In this document: positions 13,358-26,230 of the stretch, piece after piece
Numbering within the stretch: the stretch's first letter is position 1
Layout of the letters: each line of letters starts with the position of its first letter
DNA from: Eledone cirrhosa
Taxonomy: Eukaryota
Direction of reading: 5' to 3'
DNA length: 64,000 nt
Assembly (NCBI GenBank): GCA_964016885.1
Contig: OZ024746.1
Location: forward strand, 92,690,001 to 92,754,000
Program-made: the position numbers and the translations under genes
Notes under the pieces: model-generated
Told to the model about the DNA's origin: nothing
Seen by the model: only the letters and a program-made list of their open reading frames with translations
The model's database searches: none

Positions 13358-13510
13358 CAGGTCGGATTTAATGGGGGAGCAATGGAGGCAATTGCCCTGG
13401 GCCCGTGGGACCCCACCAGCGTTGGCCGTAGCAATTTATTTGTGCCCTCAGCTGGTCTTTTAAGTTTTAGGATGGTTAGAATTTTTGAATTTCATACCTG
13501 TATGTATAAC
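13358..13510 (+). mobile_element. Left half of the hAT-type MITE family (full copy at 28462); another left half at 17229-17360
   Basis: cagg.cggatttaatg… and tagcaatttatttgtgccctcagctg shared by all three copies. Confidence 0.8.
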
Positions 13511-16500
13511 AGATCACACTACACAACACTACACAACACCACACCATACCACACCACACCACACCACACCAGATCACACCACATCACACCACACCATACT
13601 ACACCACACCACACAACACCACACCACACCGTACCACACAACACCACACCACACAACACCACACCACACCGTACCACACAACACCACACCACAACACCAC
13701 ACCATACCACACCACACCACACCACACCAGATCACACCACATCACACCACACCATACTACACCACACCACACAACACCACACCACACCGTACCACACAAC
13801 ACCACACCACAACACCACACCATACCACACCACACCACACCAGACCAGATCACACCACATCACACCACACCATACTACACCACACCACACAACACCACAC
13901 CACACCGTACCACACAACACCACACCACAACACCACACTATACCACACCACACCACACCACACCAGATCACACCACATCACACCACACCATACTACACCA
14001 CACCACACAACACCACACCACACCGTACCACACAACACCACACCACAACACCACACAACACCACACCACATCGTACCATACAACACCACACCACACCACA
14101 ACACCACACCATACCACACCACACCACACAACACCACACTACACCACACCTTACATCACACCACACCACACCACACTACACCACACCTTACACCACACCA
14201 CACAACACCACACTACACCACACAACACCACACAACACCACACCACACCACACAACACCACACCACACCACTCTACACCACACTACACCACACCTTACAC
14301 CACACCACACTACACCACACTACACCACACCACACTACACCATACCACACCACACAACACCACACCACACCACACAACACCACACCACACCACACCACAC
14401 CACACTACACCACACTACACCACACTACACCACACCTTACACCACACCACACCACACCACACCACACCTTACACCACACCACACTACACCACACTACACC
14501 ACACCACACTACACCATACCACACCACACAACACCACACCACACCACACAACACCACACCACACTACACCACACTACACCACACCTTACACCACACCACA
14601 CTACACCATACCACACCACACTACACCACACTACACTATACCACACCACACCACACTACACCACACAAGACGACACCACACCTCACTACACCACACCACA
14701 CAACACCACACCACACCACACCTCACTACACCACACTACACCACACCACACAACACCACACCACACCACACAACACCACACCACACTACACCACACTACA
14801 CCACACCTTACACCACACCACACTACACCACACTACACCATACCACACCACACAACACCACACCACACAACACCACATCACATCACACCACACCACACCA
14901 CACCACACTACACCACACCACACAACACTACACCACACCACACCACACTACACCACACCACACGACACCACACTACACCCTACCACACCATACCACACCA
15001 CACCACACAACACTACGCCACACTACACCACAGCACACCACACTACACCACACTACACCACACCACATTACACCACACCACACTACACCACACTACACCA
15101 CACCACAGCACACCACACTACACCACACTACACCACACCACATTACACAACACCACACCACACCACACAACACCACACCACACCACACCACACCACACTA
15201 CACCACACTACACCACACCTTACACCACACCACACTACACCACACCACACTACACCATACCACACCACACAACACCACACCACACCACACAACACCACAC
15301 CACACAACACCACACCACACCACACCACACCACACCACACCTTACACCACACCACACTACTCCACACTACACCACACCACACTACACTACACCATACCAC
15401 ACCACACCACACCACACCACACCACACAACACCACACCACACCACACTACACCACACTACACCACACCTTACACCACACCACACTACACCATACCACACC
15501 ACACAACACCACACCACACCACACAACACCACACCACACTACACCACACTACACCACACCTTACACCACACCACACTACACCATACCACACCACACTACA
15601 CCACACTACACTATACCACACCACACCACACTACACCACACAAGACGACACCACACCTCACTACACCACACCACACAACACCACACCACACCACACCTCA
15701 CTACACCACACTACACCACACCACACAACACCACACCACACCACACAACACCACACCACACTACACCACACTACACCACACCTTACACCACACCACACTA
15801 CACCACACTACACCATACCACACCACACAACACCACACCACACAACACCACATCACATCACACCACACCACACCACACCACACTACACCACACCACACAA
15901 CACTACACCACACCACACCACACTACACCACACCACACGACACCACACTACACCCTACCACACCATACCACACCACACCACACAACACTACGCCACACTA
16001 CACCACAGCACACCACACTACACCACACTACACCACACCACATTACACCACACCACACTACACCACACTACACCACACCACAGCACACCACACTACACCA
16101 CACTACACCACACCACATTACACAACACCACACCACACCACACAACACCACACCACACCACACAACACCACACCACACAACACCACACCACACCACACCA
16201 CACCACACCTTACACCACACCACACTACTCCACACTACACCACACCACACTACACTACACCATACCACACCACACCACACCACACCACACCACACAACAC
16301 CACACCACACCACACTACACCACACTACACCACACCTTACACCACACCACACTACACCATACCACACCACACTACACCACACTACACTATACCACACCAC
16401 ACCACACTACACCACACTACACCACACCACACCACACAACACCACACAAGACCACACCGCACCTCACTACACCACACCACACAACACCACACCACACCTC

Positions 16501-17018
16501 ACTACACCACACTACACCACACCACACAACACCACACCACACCACACCACACAACACCACACCACACCACACAACACCACACTACACCACACTACACCAC
16601 ACCTTACACCACACCACACTACACCACACTACACCATACCACACCACACAACACCACACCACACAACACCACACTACACCACACCACACCACACCACACT
16701 ACACCACACCACACAACACTACACCACACCACACCACACAACACCACACCACACCACACTACACCACACTACACAAACACACATCACATACTACTCCCAC
16801 ACACACACACCACACAACACATTCACACACACTACACACAACACATTCACACACACACTACACACACACAACACATTCACATACACACACACTACATACA
16901 CTACACACACTACACACACTCACACAACACATTCACACACACACCAGACACACAACCCACACACCACACACCACACATAACTCACACACTATACACACAC
17001 ACACTACACACTCACACA
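13511..17018. repeat. 3.5-kb (CACAC)n pentamer satellite with higher-order repeats
   Basis: CACAC/TACAC/CATAC/AACAC variants; 118-bp and 975-bp internal periodicities. Confidence 0.97.
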
Positions 17019-17050
17019 AAAGAAACTAAGCTATCTATGTCCATTTGCAG

Positions 17051-17120
17051 GTTGGATCCCTGAATGCCTGTTTCCTGGCTAAACGGGGGTTTAAGGTGTC
17101 ACTGTATGAATTACGTAAAG
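17051..17120 (+). CDS. KMO: KMO exon 2 (VGSLNACFLAKRGFKVSLYELRK)
   Basis: tttgcAG acceptor, GTAAG donor; completes the GxGxxG helix; 70 nt, ends phase 1. Confidence 0.95.
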
Positions 17121-17369
17121 GTAAGAGGGTTTCTCTTCTCAATAAGGTGAATTCATAATCATCATCAGCATCATCATGATCCTCTTCAGTATCATCATCA
17201 TCATCATCATTATCATTATCACTGCTACCAGGGCCGGATTTAATGTGGGGCAAAGGGGCCAATTGCCCGAGGCCCCTCCAATGGGAGCCCCCAATGGGAG
17301 CCGTAGCAATTTATTTGTGCCCTCAGCTGTGCTTTTTGGTTTTAGGAGGGATAGAATTTGCCTGTCTTC

Positions 17370-18060
17370 ATAGCCTTGATTGCCTTACTTATTATACTAC
17401 TGCTAACTTGCACAACCAGCCCCTCTGTAGGGACAACTTGGGCAAAGTATCTTCATCCCAATCATTCTTTTCATTTAGTAGTCTTTCATAGTGGTACTTC
17501 CATGCTACCTTCTTTTCAACATTAGTGAGGGCGAGTACTCTGTTATCATCACAGACACACTTCTTCTCCCCAATGACATCACAGTTTTCTCTGAAAACAT
17601 TGCCTTGCAATCCTGAATACCTCATGCCTTTGTTCCTGATGTTGCAGAACATGCTTAAATTTTTTATCTTCTGCTATGCTTCTTGCAAAGTGCACTTGTT
17701 GTCTAGCTTCTCTTCCTGCCTCCTAGTAGTGTTCTCTATTTCCCCCATCCTGCCATTCTTTCCATGCTTGTCTTTTGGCCTTAATTATCTCCTCTACCCT
17801 ACTGTTCCACCACGATGTTACTCTCCTTCTCCCTGGAGACCTGCTCCAACCACAGATTTCGTTTGCTACCTTCAGCAGGTTATCTTTTGTTTGTCACCTT
17901 CAGTAGGTTATCTTTCAGGAATTCCCACTATTCCTCTATATTATATTTTCTCTTCCTTACTGTCAAAAGCATTCAGCAACATACCTCTAAATTTGTTATT
18001 GACTGTGAGGTCCTTCAACTTCAAAATTCTTCTCCTCCAAGTTGTCCTCTTACTCTAACT
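17370..18060 (-). mobile_element. Decayed RTE LINE linker-region fragment
   Basis: Minus-strand DVIGEKKCV…KKVAWKYHYERLLNEKNDWD; homologous to 54350-54750. Confidence 0.7.
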
Positions 18061-18959
18061 ATAAGGTATTAGGTATGTTGGGAGGTGCATTCTTCACCAG
18101 GGAGGGGCCTTGTATTGACAACCATCACTCTGTCTCTAATATTATCCATTTTGATCAGGAGGTCAAGCTTATCAAATATTAAAAAGTTTATTCTCATATT
18201 CTGTGGGTTGTTAATGCATACTGTCAGGTCCCAAATAATAGGATGGGGTCTGAAAAATTAATAAACAGGGACGATTATTCGAGACCTGAGATTATGTGTA
18301 TTTTCTCTCAATCTCTTCTTGTATATATTCTTTATGTAGGTGAGGTGAAGAAGGTGGTTGTGGGGTTCTACTGGTCAAGATTTAATTGATTTATTAGAAA
18401 CTTCTTTTGAATTAAATAGAAAGTTCATTTTCTATTCAGAATAAAGACCCAGATGGCATTTTCATGTTCTGTGGCATGTGTAGATGTGTTTGTATGCATG
18501 CACACAAGTGTGTTTGTGTATATGTGTGTATTTTACTCTGGCCAAGCAGTTTTGACCTATGTGGTCAGTTGTTCTGTCCATACACACCCACACCAACAAA
18601 AGGTTAGTAGAATTCACTACTTTTTGATTCTACATTCACACATGCAAATTTAACTAAGCCATACACATCGCAAACATACATGGTACCATATTGAAAGACC
18701 TGTTCAGTACTACACATGATTTGGGAGTAAATCATGCAACCATCAAAAACATACAAATTAGCCATGTCTTGTTCATTTGAAAAATCATATCAATGTGACT
18801 GAGGAAAATTGCTTTCCTCGCAGCCAATATCATATCACCAAAACAAGCAACTACAACTTCTGGTTTCATCAACCATGGCAAGACTTCACTGCAACAAATC
18901 TTTCAACTCACGGAGACATAATTCACTCACTTGCCTTAGACTTGACCAACAAGCCATTC

Positions 18960-19370
18960 ATTCAACTACTTCATCAATTCATTTTGCAACACTATATTTT
19001 TTTGAATTCCATGTGTCTAATACCCGTAGACATGCTTACAAAATCAGAAAACAGTACAGCTCCCTTGACTTTCGAAAACATTTTTTCATGCTCAGAGTTG
19101 CTGAAGCATGGAACAAACTACCTACATCAGTTGTTAGTTGTCAGGACAGTGCATCCTTCAAAACTTCCATGCTTCCTGAAATTTGCCAACACTACACCTG
19201 ATATTCCCCCTCCATATACATGCATGCATATGTGTGTGTCTGTGTGTTTATCATAACTCGTACACTGTTCACTTTCCTGACATTTGTACATTAACCTATG
19301 TACTATACATGCACCTTTGATGAGTTGTAGTGGGCCTGAGCACTATACATAATAATTTTCATTATAATTA
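18960..19370 (+). mobile_element. CR1-clade LINE 3' end (tail-only copies at 28770-28940, 44655-44805, 56695-56886)
   Basis: NTRRHAYKI…RKHFFMLRVAEAWNKLP, typical of a CR1 C-terminus; shared 3' UTR ending in (ATT)n. Confidence 0.85.
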
Positions 19371-19452
19371 TCTATCCTCCATATTATGTATCCTCTTAAT
19401 TAATGTTCTTGTGACAAAGTTTTGATCTTATATTTGTGTTTAACTTTTGTTA

Positions 19453-19505
19453 TTAACTCTGATGAAACCGGCCTTGTACTAGTATGAAACGATTGTCAGT
19501 GATTA
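19453..19505 (+). ncRNA. Minimal hammerhead ribozyme motif (Penelope type)
   Basis: ACT-CTGATGA-weak stem II-GAAAC-GATT-GTC-AGT. Confidence 0.6.
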
Positions 19506-19712
19506 AATGTTTGAAAGATTAAACACTCTTTGATTATCATTTACATTGTATATATATCAATTTATAAAGTTAAATGTCACTAATACTTAGACATCTCAAT
19601 GAAAGGATAAAATATATTAATAAATTATCTACTCAGAGAAGTAATTAAACATATGAAAGTTAAGCCAAAATGCGGGGGGGGGGGGGGGGGGTTATAAACT
19701 ATACAGACTAAA

Positions 19713-20171
19713 AAACAACAGAAGACCAGATTTGAAACTTTCTTTAGAATTTTAATCGTGCAAAAATACTATACATATTTCAATAGCCCAGTTTCATCAT
19801 CCAATCATGATACAAGACTTAAGCGATTTCATCAGGTGTTAATTGCAGAATTATTTCATAAGATAACAGGATTACTGAGAACACAAACAGAGAATAGAAA
19901 ATAGAAAATTGTGCGACATTCGGGGATGGTTTGTTGTTACAATAACATCAAATTGGCAAACCATTCCTGAATCAAATCAGTCCTCTATTTTCTATTTTCT
20001 ATTCTCTGTTTGTGTTCAGAGTCATCCTGTTATCCTATGGAACTAATTTATCAATCAACCCCTGATGAAATCGCCTAAGCCTTGCATCATGATTGGCTGA
20101 TTAAACTGGGCCATCGAAATATGTAGTGTTTTCATGGAATTAAAATTCTAAAGTCCAGGCTTCAGTTGTTT
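19713..20171. mobile_element. ~460-bp diverged palindrome (fold-back Penelope-like relic), each arm with an HHR motif (19770-19840 -, 20057-20130 +)
   Basis: Arms 19713-19910 and 19978-20171 are reverse complements; arm consensus AACAC-CTGATGA…GAAA-TATG-TA-GTGTT. Confidence 0.75.
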
Positions 20172-20544
20172 CTAATGAGTATTTAACTCTGTTCCTGCAC
20201 CAGCTATGGAATACCACATCTACAATGGATGATTTGCATAACATCAAATGCTTTGATTTATTGCATCATTGTTTACTAACTGGAATCACCAGTTCTACCC
20301 ATTGGTAAACAACCTAATATAAATGGTATATACATCATCATCATCATCATCATCATTTCATTTTCATTTCATTTTACGTCCGCTTTTCCCTGCTTGCAAG
20401 GGCGGGACGGGAACTGATTTCTGACTTGATTTCTACAGTTGGATGCCCTTCCCAACACCAACCTCATCTACAGTGAGTGCTGGGTGTTTTTTTTTGTTGT
20501 GGCACCTCCACGACCACTTTGCAGGGGAATGATATTGACCCCAG

Positions 20545-20697
20545 TCCCTATCATTTCATTTCTACAGCTAAGTAAACTGGAGCAATGTGAAATAAAGTGT
20601 CTTGCTCAAGGAAACAACACATCATCCGGTCTGAGAATTGAACTCACAACCTTTCAATTGCAAGGCCAATGCTCTAACCACTAAGCCATGTGCCTCC
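20545..20697 (-). mobile_element. tRNA/CORE-like SINE family 2 (copies near 30520 -, 30723 +, 49075 +, 58890 -, 62170 -)
   Basis: tggcttagtggttag head, gagttcaattc box B, ttgagcaagacactttatttcacattgctccagt core. Confidence 0.8.
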
Positions 20698-21809
20698 GTA
20701 TATATATATGTATGTATGGAAGTTAGACGTTAAACGGTGATAATGAGTGTAAGTGATTCAGTGAATTACTAGTGGTGATACCAAAACAAGCACTCAATGC
20801 ACAGGCAGAATTTATATATTAATAAAAATGATGAAGTTTCGTTGACATGTATTTAAATTTTTATTGTGTATCAACCTGTTATGCATGTCTCGCAGAGGAT
20901 TGGCTCAGGGTCGCCAATAGAAATTATGGACCCAAGTCCATTATCTATCTGCTCTTCAAACTGGCGATGTGACAAAAAATATTGTGCTTGTATCTAAATA
21001 AATGTAAACGAAACTTTATCATTCTTATTAATATATATGTATGGCGGTGGATTGGCAGTATTGTTAGAGCATCAGACACCATCCTTTGCAGCATAGAGTT
21101 ATGGCCTTTCATGATCTGAGTTCAAATCCCGCCAATGTTAACTTTACCTTTCATCCTTACGGGGTCGATAAAATAAAGCACCAGGAACGTACTGGAGTCA
21201 ATTTAGTTGATTTTTCCCCTCCCCAAAATTACTGGCCTTGTGCCTATACTAGAAATCGTTTATATTTATATATATATATATATACATTTATAATATTTAA
21301 TCTATTTCACTCTATCATTGAGTTCTTCCTCCTTTCTGAACCACCAAGATCATTAGATTTTTACATTATATATATATATCATCTTCATCATTTCACGACC
21401 ATTTTTCCATGATTTACTGGGTTATACAAGTTGTTGTGTCATGTGACATATGGATCTGAATTTCGACTTGGTTTCTACAGCTAGATGCCCTTCCTTACAC
21501 CAACCATGTTACAATATGATCTGAGTGGTTTCTATCATGGCACCCAAACAGCCATCTAACAGGATGAACTAGGTGTTGTTTGTTGTGTCACCAGCATGAC
21601 CACCTTACAGGGTGGACTGAATGCTTTTCTCTTATGTCACCAGCAGGACTACCTTACAGGGTTGACTGTGTGCTTTTTCTCTCATGTCACCAACATATAT
21701 ATATTTAGAAAGAAAGTGTAGGAGACATAGAGATAGGAATACAGATGACAACATAAGTGTATAAAATATATGCAACATACATTTATAGGTGTTTATCTTT
21801 ATATTTCAG

Positions 21810-21997
21810 ACATCAGGAAAGAAATTCATGTGAGTGGTCGGAGTATAAACTTGGCCCTCTCAGAGCGAGGCCTGTCAGCATTGAATGAGGTGGGACTGAG
21901 AGACAGGGTACGACCTTTTGGTATCCCGATGTATTCACGTATGATACACAATAGGGATGGCACCAAAAAGAGGATACCTTATGGCAGAGAAAATCAG
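21810..21997 (+). CDS. KMO: KMO exon 3 (DIRKEIHVSGRSINLALSERG...IPMYSRMIH...PYGRENQ)
   Basis: KMO signature GRSINLALSxRG; tttcAG / GTAAGT; 188 nt. Confidence 0.97.
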
Positions 21998-23195
21998 GTA
22001 AGTTGACTGCTAATAGGGATGGTGATGGTGGTACAGGGTAAATCAGTGGGTGGGATCTTGGGTATGTCCATGGATAAGATAGAAGGTAAAATAGTGAGTA
22101 AATTGTGTGTAAAATCGTGGATTGTGAGGGAAATTACAGATTGTATGTAAAATGGTAGGTGAGATTATGGGTAAAATGGTTGGTAGAAGGATGGGCAAAA
22201 TAGCGAATTGTGGTTAAAACAGTTTTGTAAAATTGCTGGATTAGATGGTAGATGTTGGGTTGAATAAAATAGAGGGTAAAAAGTGTATGATAGGTAAAAC
22301 AGGGTGTAAACTAATGGAGTATGGATTATTTAGAAGGAACATATCAGTGTGTGTATTTGGTGAACATTTCAATCTACTTGTTTACGTGGTTATTTGAGGT
22401 TTTGAGTTTATTCATAGAAGAGGATTATGATGACAAATGTTAATGATAGAGATAATAATGACGACATTGATAAATATGATATTGATGTTGTTGGGGAGGA
22501 GGAGGAGGAGGAGGGAAGTATGAGGAGGGGGGGGGGGGTAATGATAAGCTGGGGGTATAGTGAGGAGGATGAAGATGAGGTGGAAAATAGTGAGGATCAT
22601 GATGATGATGGTGAGGATTATGAAAGCTATTGACAATATTTTATCATTTTTTGTTAAGCTACTTAAAGAATTATATGACTAAAAGAAGGGGACAAAACAT
22701 CACCATCTTTGCCATCACTACCATCACTCTCATCAGAGTTAGATTTGTGTTGAATGTAAGTAAATATTTATGTAGAATATAGTTTATATGTGTGTATATA
22801 TATATATGTGTGTATATATATATATATATACGTGTGTATATATATATATATATATAAATGACAATCAAAGAGTGTTTAAAACATTTATTCACTTACGATT
22901 GCTTCATTCTAGCATTTCTATTTCGGCTCTGTAGTATACTTGTTATTTTACATTGAGCTATTTTCATACTTTTAATGGGTAATATTTACTATTACCCACA
23001 TTATGTATATATTTATATGTAGCTACAATTATATATATATATCAGCCCCCACCCCCCTCCCCCCACTCTCAAAAGCGTGAACCTAATAAATTACCATTTG
23101 TACTGCCTCTCTGTTTTTTGTTCCTGTCTAATATTTAACTATATCATCATCATCATCATCACCTTCGTTTAACGTCCATTTTCCATGCTAGCATG

Positions 23196-23249
<54 letters not shown>

Positions 23250-23250
<1 letters not shown>

Positions 23251-23692
23251 AAGGTATATATTGAGTTAGGAACTCAAAATAGTCTCTTACAACAAAATAG
23301 CTCTAAGAAAGCGATATTTCCGAGCCGTATATTATAATAGAATATAAAAGAAAAATGAACAGAGGTTCAAATAGTAAGGGACCGGATTCGCTAAGGTGAA
23401 GAGAATACTAACTATAGATAATTGGGTTTGCTTGTCTCAATTTAAGAAAAAATTAAGAAAATAAATACAAACCGGAATTGTGGTAACTACCAATCACCCA
23501 GACAACTTCTTGTTGTTTCGCAATGTTAATAGAATTACCAATTCAAGCTCATCAGTGGGTGATGAATTAGTATCCTAGACACTTCTAAGTATATTAAGAA
23601 ACTGAATAGTGTGCCACATATACTAGTGCACATGGTATCTTAGCGTGTCTCACAAACTTACGCCACTAAAAATAGCAGCCAGGTTTACTCGA
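23250..23692 (-). mobile_element. Non-coding HHR-bearing element between (TA)n tracts, same family as 39133-39700
   Basis: 23258-23340 is complementary to 39620-39700; gctattttagtggc and tagaagtg blocks shared. Confidence 0.75.
23493..23563 (-). ncRNA. Type I hammerhead ribozyme, canonical core
   Basis: Minus strand: ATCACCCA-CTGATGA-GC…GC-GAAACAAC-aagaa-GTTGTC-TGGGTGAT; 8-bp stem I, 5-bp stem III, GUC triplet. Confidence 0.9.
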
Positions 23693-23696
23693 CATA

Positions 23697-23728
<32 letters not shown>

Positions 23729-24396
23729 GGAGGAGGTTATAGTTCACTTGAAGCATTGTGTAATGAGGTATAAACGTTTGAATATGTATAATAAAGCCAA
23801 AACAATGCAGGTATGGACATAGAAAAAAGAATGCAATTGCAGAAGATATTGTTGACAAATCGTCTTTTACCTTAGATTTATTTAAATGTCCTTAATTTTC
23901 GAGATAATATCTCTTCTTCAGAGGGAAATAAAGGTCTCAAACCAGCGTTCTAAATATCTTGCCAAGCCATGCTGACAGGAAATAGTATAGAGTATCTGTT
24001 CTATCTCTAATGTCAAAGAGTTAAAATTAGGTGGATAAAGAGTAGTCTCCCTTTAAAAGGGGTTTGTTTAGGGTTTTATTTTATATACATGCCTGTTTAA
24101 GTGTGTGGGAGAATGCATGAAGGTGTAAGTATGTGGGTGTGTGTGTGTGAGTGTGAGAAGATAAGTATATTCGTAAATGTGGGGGATAGGTGTTATCTGG
24201 TGTTAGAACTGGTTTTGTGTGTGTATGTGTGAGAGAGAATAAGTGGAGGTGTAAGCGTGTGTGTGTGTGCGTGTGTGTGGGGGGGGGGGTAAATATGGGG
24301 CTAGAAGCCCTATCAGGTTATAAATTGGGTGTTGAGTTCTAGTCTATTATTGATTTGTGGTTGTGTTTTATCTATAATTAGTGCTTCCTTAATTCT

Positions 24397-24609
24397 AAGA
24401 TAAGAATAAAGGAACACCTCAATACTAACGCTTCCTCATTTAAGAAACACCTAGTTAAATGCAAAAACACCAACAAAACCATAACAGTTAGGATAGAAAC
24501 TAAGGAAAGAAACCTCGGCAATCTTAGAATTAAGGAAGCACTAATTATAGATAAAACACAAACACCAATCAATAATAGACTAGAACTCAACACCCAATTT
24601 ATAACCTGA
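24397..24609 (+). pseudogene. C-terminal half of a Penelope GIY-YIG endonuclease (KIRIKEHLNTNASSFKKHL…LRIKEALIIDKTQTPINNRLELNTQFIT*)
   Basis: Hand translation; R..EH, H, L..KEAL.I and P.N motifs; no ATG, so absent from the ORF track. Confidence 0.85.
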
Positions 24610-24989
24610 TAGGGCTTCTAGCCCCGTATTTACCCCCCCCACACACACACACACACGCTTACACCTCCACTTATTCTCTCTCACACATACACACACAAAA
24701 CCAGTTGTAACACCAGATAACACCTATCCCCCACATTTACGAATAGACTTATCTTCTCACACTCACACACACACACTCACATACTTACACCTTCATGCAT
24801 TCTCCCACACACTTAAACAGGCATGTATATAAAAAAAAAAACCTAAACAAACCCCTTTTAAAGGGAGACTACTCTTTATCCACCTAATTTTAACTCTTTG
24901 ACATTAGAGATAGAACAGATACTCTATACTATTTCCTGTCAGCATGGCTTGGCAAGATATTTAGAAGGCTGGTTTGAGACCTTTATTTC

Positions 24990-25024
24990 CCTCTGAAGAA
25001 GAGATATTATCTCGAAAATTAAAG
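24990..25024 (+). ncRNA. Minimal HHR-like motif in the pLTR (antisense twin at 23890-23924)
   Basis: CCT-CTGAAGA-A-GAGAT/ATCTC-GAAAATTA-A(G/A)G; stem I is fully paired only in the left-arm copy. Confidence 0.6.
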
Positions 25025-25138
25025 ACATTTAAATAAATCTAAGGTAAAAGACGAATTGTCAACAATATCTTCTGCAATTGCATTCTTTTTTCTATGTCCA
25101 TACCTGCATTGTTTTGGCTTTATTATACATATTCAAAC

Positions 25139-25201
<63 letters not shown>

Positions 25202-25353
25202 CTGGTGTAGAAAATGGACGTTGAACGATGAGGATGATGATAATATATGTGTAATGCTAGTGTGGAAAATGGACGTTAAACGAAGATGATGATGATGATG
25301 ATGATGATATATATCAATGGAATATTCAATCTTCATTCCTGTATCTATTTCAG

Positions 25354-25402
25354 TTTATTATGTCCATTGACAGAAGAAAGCTAAATGAGTTACTTCTAAC
25401 AG
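25354..25402 (+). CDS. KMO: KMO exon 4 (FIMSIDRRKLNELLLT)
   Basis: tttcAG / GTAGAT; SIDRxxLN motif; 49 nt, phase consistent. Confidence 0.93.
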
Positions 25403-25490
25403 GTAGATATTCACATCTTTCTTGCTTTCCTCTGTCTTTTCTATTATCCTTTTTATAACCACATTTTAAAAGAAAAACTACTGCCACTAA

Positions 25491-25531
<41 letters not shown>

Positions 25532-25559
25532 AATTCATATTTCTTTGTGGTGACATGAT

Positions 25560-26230
25560 AAAACCTTTCCATCTCACATGTTCCAACATTAACTGCTTCA
25601 GTTCTTCATTGGATAATTCTGTATCTTCCTCAATGACAATTTTTAATGTCTTGAGAGATCTTCACATTTGTGTTTCACATAAGTGGGCTCCCATAGTAAA
25701 AGTTTTGTAACAGGTTCAATGCCTTTCATGACATGTATACAAACCAATCAAGTTTACATTCATTAAGAAAACTTTGTAGGTAGATCCCATTTCTGTTACT
25801 GGTCTAATGTAGGGAGTAACAATTGACAATATGAGCATTGAAATTTCTACATTCTAGCATGAAGTGATGCTGAGGAACTGTTGAGATGTGTTCATATAAT
25901 TCATCATAAAATTGCAGTATTCATCCTCACTGTACCCAATATGAGGAGAGTAACATGGTATGATAGTAGTTTTAGTGTTGCTTTTAAAGGTTGCTGTCAC
26001 TATGTGGTCATGTATCTTTTGAACTGATATCAAGAAGTTGAGTAGGTCAGTTTTTATAACAATCCCAACACCACCGATTGTTGAATTATTCAATATTTTC
26101 CAAGCAGAGGCTGTGAACAATGTGTAGGAGACAACATCTTGTGTTATTATATCAGAATCTTTCTCTTTGTGTAAATATGTTGTTTTTTTTTAATTGTAAG
26201 TACGTTATAATCATCAAGGTGTTTGTCTAA
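25560..26230 (-). mobile_element. Decayed LINE AP-endonuclease fragment
   Basis: ORF 25854-26120: SAWK..NNSTIGGVGI…TTIIPCYSP. Confidence 0.7.

Larger units (their letters stand above)
23769..25145 (+). mobile_element. 5'-truncated Penelope-like retroelement with inverted pLTR (~630-bp arms 23769-24401 and 24521-25145)
   Basis: Near-perfect inverted repeat; GIY-YIG C-terminal coding remnant; HHR-like motif in each arm. Confidence 0.9.

Noticed and set aside
13382-17063. 1215-aa and 1192-aa His/Thr/Pro-rich ORFs and the antisense VVWCG ORFs
   Set aside because: Translations of the (CACAC)n satellite. The array lacks stop codons by composition, is open in several frames and lies in KMO intron 1.
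22427-22633. Acidic D/E-rich ORF and other YIYI, MMM or SLSL ORFs in the track
   Set aside because: Translations of (GAT)n, (GAG)n, (TA)n and (CT)n simple repeats.
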